Shown: positions 11,340-23,754, counted from the first letter of the whole stretch. The stretch: DNA of 63,910 nt, filler included, from Octopus bimaculoides (GCF_001194135.2; 3 parts of 3 records of this genome joined end to end with filler, not necessarily neighbours in it); one strand, 5' to 3'. Notes: a model not told the origin generated them from the letters alone. Made by a program: numbers and translations.

Positions 11340-12680
11340 CTTCCATTTCACTTTTCAGAGATCTCACTTGCTCCGGCTTGCTTCGGCTAATTCTGTAAAA
11401 TCGGAGAACAACTTCGTGTCAAAGGATCTCACAGGATTTCTTTCCACGACACTTACCATTCAGGTACCAATCTCAAAGTTCTCGCTGTCCCCAATAAAAC
11501 AGTCTTCTGAGCACGTTCTACCCTCATGTCAAACCCAATTTCTCCAACGAATATCTCAAATCTGGTTTTCAATGCTCCCTGTACCCCTACAACTACTAGG
11601 AGGACGGCTACTTTATTCATTGCCCACATTCGTGCAATTTCGTCTTTTAGTGGCTTGTAGTTCTCAATTTTTTTTCCAGTTCTTTATCATCCACTTGTAC
11701 ATGCCAATATCAATGATCTTGTTCTTTCTTTTGTTCTTTGTTGTTGTTTTATTTTCAGTATTTTGTCAACTACAACAATGTCCAATCTCGGGACATCAAT
11801 CACACTGGATTATAAAATCCCATAAGCTCTTCTACTCATTATTCTCGGTGACGCTTTCTGGTTTATGAACCAACCATTTTAATGTCCTTTCAAGACCTTA
11901 CTTCTCACACAACTCCAATGAACATACTTAGCTACGTCAGCATGTCCCATTTTGTATTCCTTTTGAGCTAGCTAATTTGCTACACTCACTCACAATATGG
12001 GAGACTGCTTCACTTTTGATGACTGGCATCTTACAAAGAGGCGATTCGCTACACTTATCTATTTGGAATTTGGTGTAATTAGTTCTCAGAGCTTGTTCCT
12101 AGGTGCTCAGTGCATCCTTTCAGATCACATTTCCTTAGCCACCTCCAGGTGTTAGCTTGTATTTCCCCAAAAATTTCTCTGAGGCATTGTCCTTGCACCG
12201 CATTCATTTCCCAGTTGTTCAATCTTTGTTCTTCATCTTGTTTTTTTTTAAATTCTATTGCGTGTGTCACATTTTTACTGAGTATCATGCTGTTATTTCT
12301 CGTAGCAACAACCAAAGGTTCAATCTGCTATTTCTTGTATCATCCCAGACTGTTTCCCTCATTGACAACACAGATTCTGCATCCTATGAGACTTATTCTT
12401 TCCTTGTTTCTGGATACATAAAATCTATCAACATTGCATTTAGGGTGCACTTCCTTGTCCAGTCATCATTTTCCTGATTATTCGATCTATTTCCACTAGC
12501 TCGTCCTTTGTCCATCAAACAACACCTGCGACATATCGCATTAAAGTGACAACCCATATATTTATTGCCCTGATCTTGTCCTTTCCATTGAGTCTACTCT
12601 TCATAATTAATTTGGTTCTCCTTAATTATTCTCGCCTAAAGCTTTCCTTCATCTCACACTCCTTGATTTTGTCATACTCG
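11340..12680 (-). mobile_element. R4/Dong-clade RT-thumb / CCHC / RLE fragment (copy 3), degraded
   Basis: KIRAINIWVVTLMRY...WTKDELVEIDR...VDRFYVSR, TWRWLRKCDLK, HIVSECSKLAQKEYK, LWDFIIQCD and QKTVLLGTARTLRLV, with many stops and frameshifts. Confidence 0.85.
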
Positions 12681-13769
12681 AAAATATCAAGATAAGTTGG
12701 ATTGTCAGCACAAACGTTTGAAAGGAGGTTGAAACAGTGAGATAATATCGTGGAGACAAAGGCGCTTGCTAAAAATCTGCAAGATTGGAATGTGATTTAT
12801 ATAAAACGATTAATAAGATGGTCTCAGAAGTTATACGAAACAGGAAGCTCATTTACATATTTAACATCGTGGGTACAATTCAAATGTTCTGGGTGTGTGA
12901 CATATAGAGTTGAACTTGTTTTAAATAGATTCCTAAGTTAAATGTTTTGGGTTTTTTTTTTAATTTCGCGAATCAAAGAATCATTTCATTTAAGATTGGA
13001 TTAAGAAATTTCAATTCACCACAATGAATATCTCTGCAAGCAACATCATGACGAAGATGATGACGATGATGACAGCGTCGACAGCATCATGAAATAGCAA
13101 AATCAAGGATAACAACACCGTGAACAAAATTTTCCGGTTGTAAAAAAAATCCTAAATACATAATCTAATTTTATAGAAGTTATAAACTTAATAGTGAGCT
13201 ACGTAAACATTAGCGAATGACAAAGAAATTCATTCAGTCGGTTAAAGCAAAATATTAAAATTTTATTCGGACAAATTTTATCTATAATTTAATTAAATCA
13301 TTCCAAAGCAATGGCGATAACAGAGAAAACTTTTTTAACTCTTTGACTGCGTGATTAAGTTTCATGGTCATTCAGTAATGTTAATTAGCCATGAAAAAAT
13401 AAAACTGATATGATTCAGTATTTCTTGTAGGTATAGTTTTTAAATCTACCACTAAAAGTGTTTAACGTTTGCTCTGTAAGGAGCTGTTTGATATGAAAAG
13501 ATTTAAAAAATCTGAAAAATTGACTTTTGTTAAAAGTGACACATGGGTTGTCTCCGTTTCTATCAGCATAATGAGAAGCATTTTTTTCAAAGCTATGAAC
13601 CAAAATCGCAGGTCTTTCATACCATAAACCTAAATTGTTTAAAAGTCAAAAGTAAGGATGAGTCTCAAAAAATAATAACAAAACAATAAACGAATGAATA
13701 AAATGATCAAAGATTTAACTGACTTTGGGTCTGTTTCATTAGATCTGATCCAAAGTTAAGTATTAATGG

Positions 13770-14365
13770 TTTCTGATTCAGGTATCAAGCCAGCAGTTTT
13801 GATGGGAAAGTGTAAGTTAATAACATCAACCCCAGTACTCAACTGATATTCATTCTATCGACCCCAAATGGCTCAAACGCACAGTCAATCTTGGTGGAAT
13901 TTGATCTCAGAATGTAAAACCGCAAGAAATGCCACAAAGAAATTCTTCTGCTCGACGCCTTTTCTTATTTTGGCACGAGACCAGCAATTTTAGGAGAAGA
14001 TGTAAATCGATATCATCGACTCCAGTACTTAACTGATAGTTAGTTTATCGACTCCGAAAGGATGAAAAGCAAAGCCAACCTAGATGGCATTCTAGCTCAA
14101 AACGTACCGTGTTCTGACTATTCTGTCAGCTCACCGTCTTACAGCTGTTACATAACAATTTTTTCTATTATAGGCACAAAGCCTGACATTTGGGATTGTC
14201 GATTACATTGAACCAATACTCAACTGGTTCTTATTTTATCGACTCCAAAAAAATGAAATTGCAAGATCGAACTTGCGGCATTTGAATTCAGAACGTAAAG
14301 ACGGACGAAATTATATTAATGATTTTGTCCGGCATACTAACCATTCTGCCAGCTCTCCATCTTAC
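13770..14365 (-). mobile_element. Three tandem diverged SINE family B copies
   Basis: The block tatcgac(c/t)cc..aaaggatgaaa..caa..gaatttga..cagaa recurs at about 13855, 14045 and 14235. Confidence 0.7.
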
Positions 14366-15077
14366 GGCAGTAACATAATAACGTTATAAGTGTCGCTTGT
14401 AAAGTTGGTGTAGGAGACTACAATGAATTTAAGATCGTCTTAAAGTTCTCAGAACTAAAACTAGAAGATAAACTTTACCTTTAATAAGCAACACACGTAG
14501 CTAATGGTGACAGCAACTGACAATCAAGAATAAGAATATTTCAGCTGGGAACCTATGAGTGCCAGAAGAGACTTCCTCATCGGCAGTGATATTTACCAAT
14601 TTTCTTCCTCAATCGAAGTAAGAAAGCAGCTTAACATTGTTTCAAACAGCATTTCAATCAACGTATTAGTTTTGTATTCCTTCCTTCCTTCCTTCCTTTC
14701 TTCCTTCTTCGTTATTTATAAACCATCAAACATCACGGTGTATTCATTGATTTGGTTAAGTCTCCACACATGAAAAGAATAACAAGAATTTAGGAAAATA
14801 TCTTTTATCGTTTACTTATTTCAGTCATTGGACTCCGGCCGTGCTGGGACACTGCCTTGAAAGGTTTTGGTCGAACGAATTGGCCCCCAGTGCTAGTATT
14901 TTAAAGTCTGGTATTTATTCTATTGAACTCTTTTGACAGAACTGCTAATTTACGGAGACATAAACAAACCAACATTGGTTGTCGCTATGTGTTTTCTTTT
15001 TGGTTATCCTGTATGTATGCATGTATGTACATAAATACATACATACATACAAACATACACTTAAGTATATATGAGCA

Positions 15078-15486
15078 TACTCTTTACTCTTTACTCTTTT
15101 ACTTGTTTCAGTCATTTGACTGCGGCCATGCTGGAGCACCGCTTTTAGTCAAGAAAATCGACCCTAGGACTTATTCTTTGTAAGCCTAGTACTTATTCTA
15201 TCGGTCTCTTTTTGCCGAACCGCTAGGTTACGGGGACGTAAACACACCAGCATCGGTCGTCAAGCGATGGTGGGGGGGGGGACACACAAATACACATACA
15301 TATACATATATACATATATACGACGGGCTTCTTTCAGTTTCCGTCTACCAAATCCACTCACAAGGCTTTGGTCGGCCCGAGTCTATAGTAGAAGACACTT
15401 GCCCAAGGTGCCACGCAGTGGGACTGAACCCGGAACCATGTGGTTGGTAAGCAAGCTACTTACCACACAGCCACTCCTGCGCCTAT
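15078..15486 (-). mobile_element. Complete SINE family A copy (head + internal microsatellite + tail)
   Basis: tRNA-like head at 15310-15486, internal (TA/TG)n at about 15283-15320, and a tail ending in (AAGAGTA)n at 15078. Confidence 0.9.
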
Positions 15487-15684
15487 AGACATGTATAACT
15501 ATATACATGAAGATACATACATAAAACAAAGCATACACATCTGCGCGTATACATGGTGGTTGTCTACTCCCTATGCAGACTCTGACCACCTCCTGTACCT
15601 ACACCTTAGAACCATCATGGCATCTGATGTGGCTTTCTAAATCAGACAATACATACATGCATACACACATACATACATACATAC

Positions 15685-15775
15685 AAAATTACCCTGTTGA
15701 TGTTGTTGAAATTCCAATAAAGGAGCCTTGGATCTAGGTTAGAAACCGGCGCTTTCTCTATTGCCAAGAAGATGA
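15685..15775 (-). repeat. Short dispersed repeat (~90 bp), 3 copies in the window
   Basis: The same sequence occurs at about 22668-22760 (+) and 59573-59665 (+): tttctaa(c/t)ct(a/c)gat(c/t)caaggctccttcactgga..ttcaacatcaac. Confidence 0.7.
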
Positions 15776-16173
15776 ACAAAACAAGATGCTTTCTTTCACA
15801 ACCTTGCTACCAGGAAGGTGGTCGGTCAAAATTTTATCTAAGTTAAAAAGAGAAAGAATATATTCACGGTAGTTGAAACACTTGGTTTGCGTGGCTAAGT
15901 TACATAATTTCCGCAGCACTAAACCTGAATTGCGAGAGGCACAAAAACAGAGAGTACGCAATAAATTGACAAAGTTCAGATCCAGTACATTAATATATAA
16001 GTTTAAACATTCCAAGTGATGTAAAAGTAGAACCTCTGAAAAATGCAATAAAAAAATGGAAGATCTGTACATTCCAATCAAAGAACATTGTCTCTTTGTC
16101 AGAGAGCAATACTTTATATGTAGGATATATCTTACGAAAGAGAAAGATAGAGAGAGGGGGAGAGCTAGAGATG

Positions 16174-16242
<69 letters not shown>

Positions 16243-16643
16243 NNNNNNNNNNNNNNNNNNNNNNNNNNNNNNNNNNNNNNNNNNNNNNNNNNNNNNNNNN
16301 NNNNNNNNNNNNNNNNNNNNNNNNNNNNNNNNNNNNNNNNNNNNNNNNNNNNNNNNNNNNNNNNNNNNNNNNNNNNNNNNNNNNNNNNNNNNNNNNNNNN
16401 NNNNNNNNNNNNNNNNNNNNNNNNNNNNNNNNNNNNNNNNNNNNNNNNNNNNNNNNNNNNNNNNNNNNNAGATAGATAAATAGATAGATAGGTAGATAGG
16501 TAGATAGATAGATAAATATTGAAAAGCTGTGTATTACCGATTTCTGTATCTCTTTCTCCTTCAACAGTGAATTAAGTTTAAGATTTTCTTCTTTCTTTCA
16601 CAGTTCAGTTATGTCTCCTCTTGCTGAACACACGAAGATACAT

Positions 16644-16678
<35 letters not shown>

Positions 16679-17004
16679 ACCACCACCACCACCACCACAC
16701 TACACCACACACACATATATATGTATATAATTAACATAGACAGCAGTGTGCAATGTTTTACCAAAAAGGGAGACTATAATTGTCACTAGATATGACTAGG
16801 GTGTTAGAAACACCTATATTGCTAGAAATAAGAGCTAAAATGCTCTGGTGCTGTAATCAAAGCACATAATGCTATATATGTATACTGACAGAGAATATAA
16901 TCGCCCGAAAACACTGATCGAGAATTCCTTATACTGATCGGTCAGTTGCAGTAATTTCTGCTGTATATATATATATATATATATATGTAACCTCGTGGAT
17001 ATCG

Positions 17005-17165
17005 GTGGCGATTTTTTCTTCCTCCGTTTTCTCTTCTTTGGACTTTCTTTGTTTCCGACGAAGAGCTCCGCTCGAAACGTCATATTCTCTTTCTTTCCTT
17101 TCCCGAGCGTCTAGTAACAAAATCTGTATCACGTCCTCACGTTGTTGTTTTTTGTTGCTGTTTCT
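17005..17165 (+). mobile_element. Short Penelope pLTR-like element with a variant hammerhead, between (TA)n tracts
   Basis: Contains CCGACGA-A-GAGC(TCC)GCTC-GAAA-CGTC. Its flanks (ttcccgagcgtc) match the copy at 61860-62040. Confidence 0.55.
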
Positions 17166-18301
17166 TTGTCTTTTTCCTTTTTTGAACTTATATATACACA
17201 TATATATATATACAGAGAGCGACGCATGCGTATGTGGGCTAACACAACCGTATCTACATGCCAGATTTTATAGTACAGAAATGCATACATATCCTTTAAT
17301 AGACAGACCTGTTTAGTTGTCTCTATATGGGTTTATATTACTCTACCTTCTGTATTCTTTTATAACTAATATATTATTTGTAACACACAAACACACACAC
17401 AAGAAAATAAAAAATAGTGAAATACTATTCTTGTAAGTCTGTTTGGTGTCTAATCTAAACAGATTTCGCCTTCGGTTCCTTGAGCTATTCTTTTGTTCTT
17501 TTTGAATAATTCAAGCATTAGTTCTGTAACCTTAGGAACCAATTTTATTACCATAATTTTGCTCCTGTCTCATCTGCTTAGTATCAACGCTGCAGCTTTT
17601 ATAATGGAAACATTTAGCGTTTTAGAGAGAAAAAGAAACCTCGTTTTTTCCTTTTTTTGTTTTTTGTTTTTTTCTATTTTCTCGATCGATCAGAAGTCAC
17701 TATCTCTGAGCAGTTATCACATAAGGTTATTTAAAAAGATAGATATAAAATAGTAAAAGTTATAAGGTAGAAAATAAAACGTCCTAATGCTTTCTTACCG
17801 ATTGCGAAATCATCTTGATAATTACATTTTAGATATTTTAGTCAAACAGAAAATGGTGAACTGTGAAAAATAACTGTGAACTTTTAAATAAAATGTGAAT
17901 ATACACAATAGCTTTCGTATTTTATCTATTACTTGTTTCACTCATTGGACTGCAGCCATACTGGGGCACCGCCTTGAGCAGTTTGCTCGAAGAAAGTAAC
18001 TGCAAGCTTTTTTATTTTTTAACTCTAGTACTTTTTCTACCGGTCGTTTTTGCCGAACCGCTAGATTACGAGGATGTATGTATGTATGTATGTATGTATG
18101 TACATTTTTATTTAACATACATCTGTACACTAGAACGTTCAGTGTGGGCCACCTGTCTCGGGGAAATATTTCTCCTTAAGGACAATATGAGTAGAAACAT
18201 ATGCCGTGATCTGAATGACGTCAACGGATTATCAAACACGTGTTTCGGCATGTTTCTGTTACCTCAGTAACAAACAAACAAACAAACAAACAAATAAACA
18301 A

Positions 18302-18346
<45 letters not shown>

Positions 18347-18564
18347 AATATATAATCTCTGTCAATCTATATAAGCACATAATTTGATGAGGCAACGGAA
18401 ATTGCCGAAACTGACGGCAGTTTAAGGAATATTCGAACTGTGAAAATAAAAGGATAAAAATTAAATATAAGAAAAATTAAATAAAAAATGATAAAATAAA
18501 TAAAAATGAAATAATAAAATTAAAAAATTAAAAAATAAGAAAAAATAAATAGATAACGTAGGAT

Positions 18565-18626
18565 AGGCGTAGGAGTGGCTGTGTGGTAAGTAGCTTGCTT
18601 ACCAACCACATGGTCCCGGGTTCAGT
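18565..18626 (+). mobile_element. SINE family A 5' head, truncated in the B box
   Basis: ggcgtaggagtggctgtgtggtaagtagc...gggttcagt, followed immediately by Penelope sequence. Confidence 0.85.
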
Positions 18627-19282
18627 ATGACCAACGTAGAGTTTGTTGTATAGAGTACACCTGATGAAGTAAAGAAGGTTGGAAGAGGTGCAGGAGAAAG
18701 AGTTCCTAATGTAGTGGGTGGGCTGGTTGGATCCGGTGAGGGAGGTGGTGTTAGAGATGAATGGACATTGGTGGCAACGGGATCTAGTGCAGGGAAAGAT
18801 CCCAGTTGGGTTGGAATGGAGGGTCCTACGGACCAGGAGATCGCATAGGTTACAGACACGTTTGAAGGAGGACAAGGGCGGGTTGGGGAAAATAGGAGGA
18901 TCTAGCTGGAGGCGACGGAAGGCCCGTAGGATCCTCCGACGAAGGGATACGATGGAGGTGTGGAAATGGAGGGGAAAGAGGATTCAGTTGGGAGATCGGT
19001 ATGGGGGATCGATTAGACGAGCGTGGGTAAGGGCAGTTTGGACAAAGGTGGATGGGTATCCGCGACGCATGAACAAGTGGGCCAGGCACTGGGACTGGGT
19101 CTCGAAATCCTGGTTCCGGCTGCACAGTCATCGGAGGCGGAGGAACTGGGAGTAGGGATGGTCCGTTTCGTGTGGGAGGGACGAGAAGAGAAAAAGTTGA
19201 GGTAGAGGTGGGAATCCGTGGGTTTGAAGAAGGCGGAGGTGATGAGAGAATGGGCGGGGAGATCAATGAAGAGAGTTCACAG
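18627..19282 (-). mobile_element. Penelope-like element: RT C-terminus, Cys linker and N-half of GIY-YIG endonuclease
   Basis: LCDLLVRRTL..GIFPCTRSRCHQCPFISNTTSLTG..HYIRNSFSCTSSNLLYFIRCTLYNKLYVG, with RRILRAFRRLQLDP upstream. Cut by a gap. Confidence 0.88.
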
Positions 19283-19739
19283 NNNNNNNNNNNNNNNNNN
19301 NNNNNNNNNNNNNNNNNNNNNNNNNNNNNNNNNNNNNNNNNNNNNNNNNNNNNNNNNNNNNNNNNNNNNNNNNNNNNNNNNNNNNNNNNNNNNNNNNNNN
19401 NNNNNNNNNNNNNNNNNNNNNNNNNNNNNNNNNNNNNNNNNNNNNNNNNNNNNNNNNNNNNNNNNNNNNNNNNNNNNNNNNNNNNNNNNNNNNNNNNNNN
19501 NNNNNNNNNNNNNNNNNNNNNNNNNNNNNNNNNNNNNNNNNNNNNNNNNNNNNNNNNNNNNNNNNNNNNNNNNNNNNNNNNNNNNNNNNNNNNNNNNNNN
19601 NNNNNNNNNNNNNNNNNATATATATATTGTTGTACTTGGGGATGGTCATATTGCCAGTTTAGCCAATAAAGACACACGCACTGTATATTTGGTGTTAATT
19701 TGCTTCAGCTTTATATTACATTAATCTTAATCTTATTTC

Positions 19740-19784
19740 GGCCAGAGTTCTTTCGTCACACTTCTGTGACCTCATCAGCGGTCC
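19740..19784 (-). ncRNA. Minimal type-I hammerhead ribozyme motif
   Basis: GGACCG-CUGAUGA-G-GUCACA(GAAG)UGUGAC-GAAA-GAACUC-UGGCC. The core is intact, stem II has 6 bp, stem III is minimal and stem I is imperfect. Confidence 0.65.
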
Positions 19785-19864
19785 TTTGTTTCCTTCTTTC
19801 TTATGTGTGTCTCACCTTGCTAACTATCAGCCATTTTGTATTTATATATATATATATATATATA

Positions 19865-20020
19865 TATACGACGAGCTTCTTTCAGTTTCCCTCTGCTAAA
19901 TTCTCTAACAAGGTTTTCGTCGGGCCGGGTCTGTAATAGAAGACACCCATGGTGCCACGCAGTCGGACCGAACCGGGAATCATATAGTTAGGATTGAAAC
20001 TTCTTACCACACAGCCAGTC
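19865..20020 (-). mobile_element. SINE family A head
   Basis: Similar to 1-170. Confidence 0.75.
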
Positions 20021-20408
20021 ACAAAATAACATATTTATACAATTTAATAAAGACGGTTTTATCATATATATTTTTTTCTCTACACGATATCAAGAGCTCA
20101 ATCAAATCTAAAAAAGGCAATTTAGTAAAATGAGACGTGGTGATGTACATGTTTGAGCAAATATTAATTAGCTGTGAATGTACCCAATATTAATTTTCAG
20201 AACGCCACAGGATAATACATTTAGTCATTTAATATGTATCGGTTATTTATTTATTTATTCATTCATTCATTCATTCATTCATTTATTCATTTATTTATTT
20301 ATGTGTTTATTTATTTATTTATTTATTTATTTATTGTTACACAGGTGTCGAGTTGGCTGAGTTGTTAGCGCGTTAGATTTGTCCCGACACTCTTTTCTTT
20401 GTCCGCCA

Positions 20409-20823
20409 TTACAGGTTATAAATGGAGAGAAGACGAGACAAGGACAGACAGATAAACAGACAGATAAACAGACAGACAAATAAACAGACAGACAGATAAA
20501 CAGACAGACAGATAAACAGACAGACAGATAAACAGACAGACAAATAAACAGACAGATAAACAGACAGACAGATAAACAGACAGACAGATAAACAGACAGA
20601 CAAATAAACAGACAGACAGATAAACAGACAGACAGATAAACAGACAGACAGGTAAACAGACAGATAAACAGACAGACAGATAAACAGACAGACAGATAAA
20701 CAGACAGATAAACAGACAGACAGATAAACAGACAGACAGATAAACATACAGACAGATAAACAGACAGACAGATAAACAGACAGACAAATAAACAGACAGA
20801 CAGATAAACAGACAGACAGACAT
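20409..20823. repeat. Compound (GACA/GATA/AACA)n tetranucleotide array
   Basis: About 410 bp of repeated gacagataaaca-type units. Confidence 0.95.
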
Positions 20824-20824
20824 G

Positions 20825-21457
20825 GGGTCGGGGATCGAATGAGAGTAACAGTGTGGGGATGAACGTTAAAAATTACAAAATTAAATATCGATGAGGCAAA
20901 AGAATCGAATGCTTAACAAAGATGAAGTGGAGAACGTGGTTGACTCCACAAACCACATTCTCACATTGAAGACTTTATTTTCCCTTTTACGTTCCCGCTC
21001 AAACAGATTCATTCACTCTTAATACACTTGCAACAGATCTCTATCTTTCTCGAAACACACCGTGCGACAGGCATTTCTTCTCCAGCTTTATTTTTCTTTT
21101 CATGAGGAAAAGGAAAAAGTTAACTAACCCAAAGCTGGAGATAAAAATGTCTGTCGCGATCCCTTTCACTCTCGTCTTCCATACTACCTCTTTCGTGATA
21201 GCTACTACCGAGAGAAAACAAGCCTGCTCTTCCCTGTTCAGGGAAGGCTGCGGAACAATCTTAATTATAGATTTGGTCGACAGTTGTACTCTTCTCAGAT
21301 GTGAAAGCAGGTGGTCGACATAAGCCCAGAGTTCCGAAATCTTCGGACGTTGCACAATTGCGTGCAGAACAGCTCCACTGCCCAGCCCGCATCTTGGACA
21401 AGTCGGCGAGGAATTTGTCCCGACACTCGCCGCTCCAAACCCCGCCACTGACAACTT
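20825..21457 (-). mobile_element. L1/Tx1-clade LINE ORF2 C-terminus (CCHC/zf-RVT region) plus 3' UTR
   Basis: CPRCGLGSGAVLHAIVQRPKISELWAYVDHLL...FLSVVAITKEVVWKTR...LVNFFLFLMKRKIKLEK. Confidence 0.75.
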
Positions 21458-23229
21458 GTAGGCGCAAGCGTGGCTGTGTGGTTAAGAAGCATAGCTTTGC
21501 AGTTATGTGGTTTCGATATCAGTCGCACTGCATAGCCCCTTCTTTTTATTATTATTATTATCATTTATTTATTTATTTATTTGCTACTGCCTTCTACTTT
21601 ATCCCCGGGTCAACTAAAGCCTAGTGAATGATATTGTTAAACGGATACTGTGGGCAGGCTCATCGTATATATATATAAGCAGTATGTATGTATGTTCATG
21701 AGCAAATTTTATGTTTTGTTTCATGTATGTATTCTCATGCATATAGTTGCATGTCTAGACATATTCNNNNNNNNNNNNNNNNNNNNNNNNNNNNNNNNNN
21801 NNNNNNNNNNNNNNNNNNNNNNNNNNNNNNNNNNNNNNNNNNNNNNNNNNNNNNNNNNNNNNNNNNNNNNNNNNNNNNNNNNNNNNNNNNNNNNNNNNNN
21901 NNNNNNNNNNNNNNNNNNNNNNNNNNNNNNNNNNNNNNNNNNNNNNNNNNNNNNNNNNNNNNNNNNNNNNNNNNNNNNNNNNNNNNNNNNNNNNNNNNNN
22001 NNNNNNNNNNNNNNNNNNNNNNNNNNNNNNNNNNNNNNNNNNNNNNNNNNNNNNNNNNNNNNNNNNNNNNNNNNNNNNNNNNNNNNNNNNNNNNNNNNNN
22101 NNNNNNNNNNNNNNNNNNNNNNNNNNNNNNNNNNNNNNNNNNNNNNNNNNNNNNNNNNNNNNNNNNNNNNNNNNNNNNNNNNNNNNNNNNNNNNNNNNNN
22201 NNNNNNNNNNNNNNTTTAGAGACACTTTCAAATTTATCAGAATATCGGACTGAAGATTTGGAATAGAGAAATTTTCATTCTCTTAACCATGAAACGATCG
22301 TATCCGATTAACTAAAGACTTGTTTTCTTTATGCTTTTCCCTCCGGTTTTTGTTCTATGTGTGCCATAAATATCGCCATCCGTTTAGAGAAAAATTTGTA
22401 GTTTAGAATCAGTAGTTCTTTGACTGCTATTTCTAAATTTTCAGTATGTTGGAGAAGCAACTCAATGCTAATCCCTGTATATTTATGATGATATATATAT
22501 ATATATATATATATATAAGCAGTATGTATGTATGTTCATGAGCAAATTTTATGTTTTGTTTCATGTATGTATTCTCATGCATATAGTTGCATGTCTAGAC
22601 ATATTCATATATACTTAAATGTATGTATGTATATATGTGTATGTACATATGTCATTAATCGGTGTTATTTCAAGATTTCTTGTTAATAGAGAAAGAGGCA
22701 GTTTCTAATCTCGATCCAAGGCTCCTTCACTGGAATTTCAACATCAACGGGGTATTTTTGTACGTATATATGTAGGTTTGTATGTTTTGTTTTATGTATG
22801 TTTGTATGTATATATGTATGTATGTACGTATGTATGTATGTATGTATGTATGTATGTATGACGGGTGTTGGTTTTCTTTATGTCCCCGTAACCTATCGGT
22901 TCGGCAAAAGACACCGATATAATAAATAAAACAAGTACTGGGGTTGATGTGATCGACTAGAACTTTCAAGACCTCCAAGATGGTCGCAGCCCAATGACTG
23001 AAGCAAGTAGATGATAAGAGATATCATCAAGAACTCAAATCTAGAAAGGAGACATAATGAAACGAAATATGGTGATGTACATACTTGACCAAAGACATAA
23101 GCAAACGTGTTAGAAAAGTGATATGGCTTCAATTGAGAATCAAAACAAGAAAACGGGTTCATGCCAGGGGCGTATATTCTGCGTGTGTTAGGTATGCGCT
23201 GCACACCCATCGGAAATGGCAAATTCATT

Positions 23230-23580
23230 ATAGACATTAACATTTTTTAAAGAACCCCTTCGGTTACGAGTGACCATGGGATTACACCTAGGAAGTTACC
23301 CTCCGTGGCACAAGTCTGGGTATGGTTGTTTATGGAAGACCAGCAGTGGCATGTGCATATCAGCCTCCCCTGTCCATGCCACCGATGTTGATCAAGGGAA
23401 AGGTAAAGGGGCCGATACAGCTTGGCACCAGTGACGTCGCAACTCATTTTTACAGCTGAGTGAACTGGAGCAACGTGAAATAAAGTGTCTTGCTCGAGAA
23501 CACAACACACAACCCGCTCTGGGAATCGAACTCACTACCTCGTGACTGTGAGCCCGACGCTCTAACCACTGAGCTTTACT
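23230..23580 (-). mobile_element. SINE family D (tRNA head + CORE-like body)
   Basis: Reverse strand has agctcagtggttagagcgtcgg...gagttcgattccc, then gagcaagacactttatttcacgttgctccagttcactcagctgtaaaaatg. Related copies at about 45130-45310, 50915-51100 and 59200-59380. Confidence 0.75.
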
Positions 23581-23754
23581 CATTAATTTAATTACAAATC
23601 TTAATGAACCACCATACGCCACTGATTCAAGTAATTCTATGCTTACCGAATAAATTTACTTACATAATCCTACGAGGTTACGTCTAAGCGGTCGCTATGA
23701 GAATACATACATGAAACAAAACATGGATTTGCTCAATCAAGCCTAAAACAGCAA

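Noticed and set aside
14545-14617. AG/GT-bounded 73-nt open segment (WEPMSARRDFLIGSDIYQFSSSIE)
   Set aside because: Weak polypyrimidine tract, no recognisable homology and no partner exons, so compatible with chance.
15758-16140. ~125 stop-free codons on the minus strand
   Set aside because: No start, splice or domain evidence, and borderline for chance in a window this size.
20409-20823. Regular repeat array considered as CRISPR-like or coding
   Set aside because: A simple compound tetranucleotide satellite with no unique spacers, in a eukaryotic context.
21660-22606. ~105-bp sequence repeated on both sides of a gap (also 56240-56282 versus 56630-56670)
   Set aside because: Gap-flanking duplication typical of assembly artefacts.
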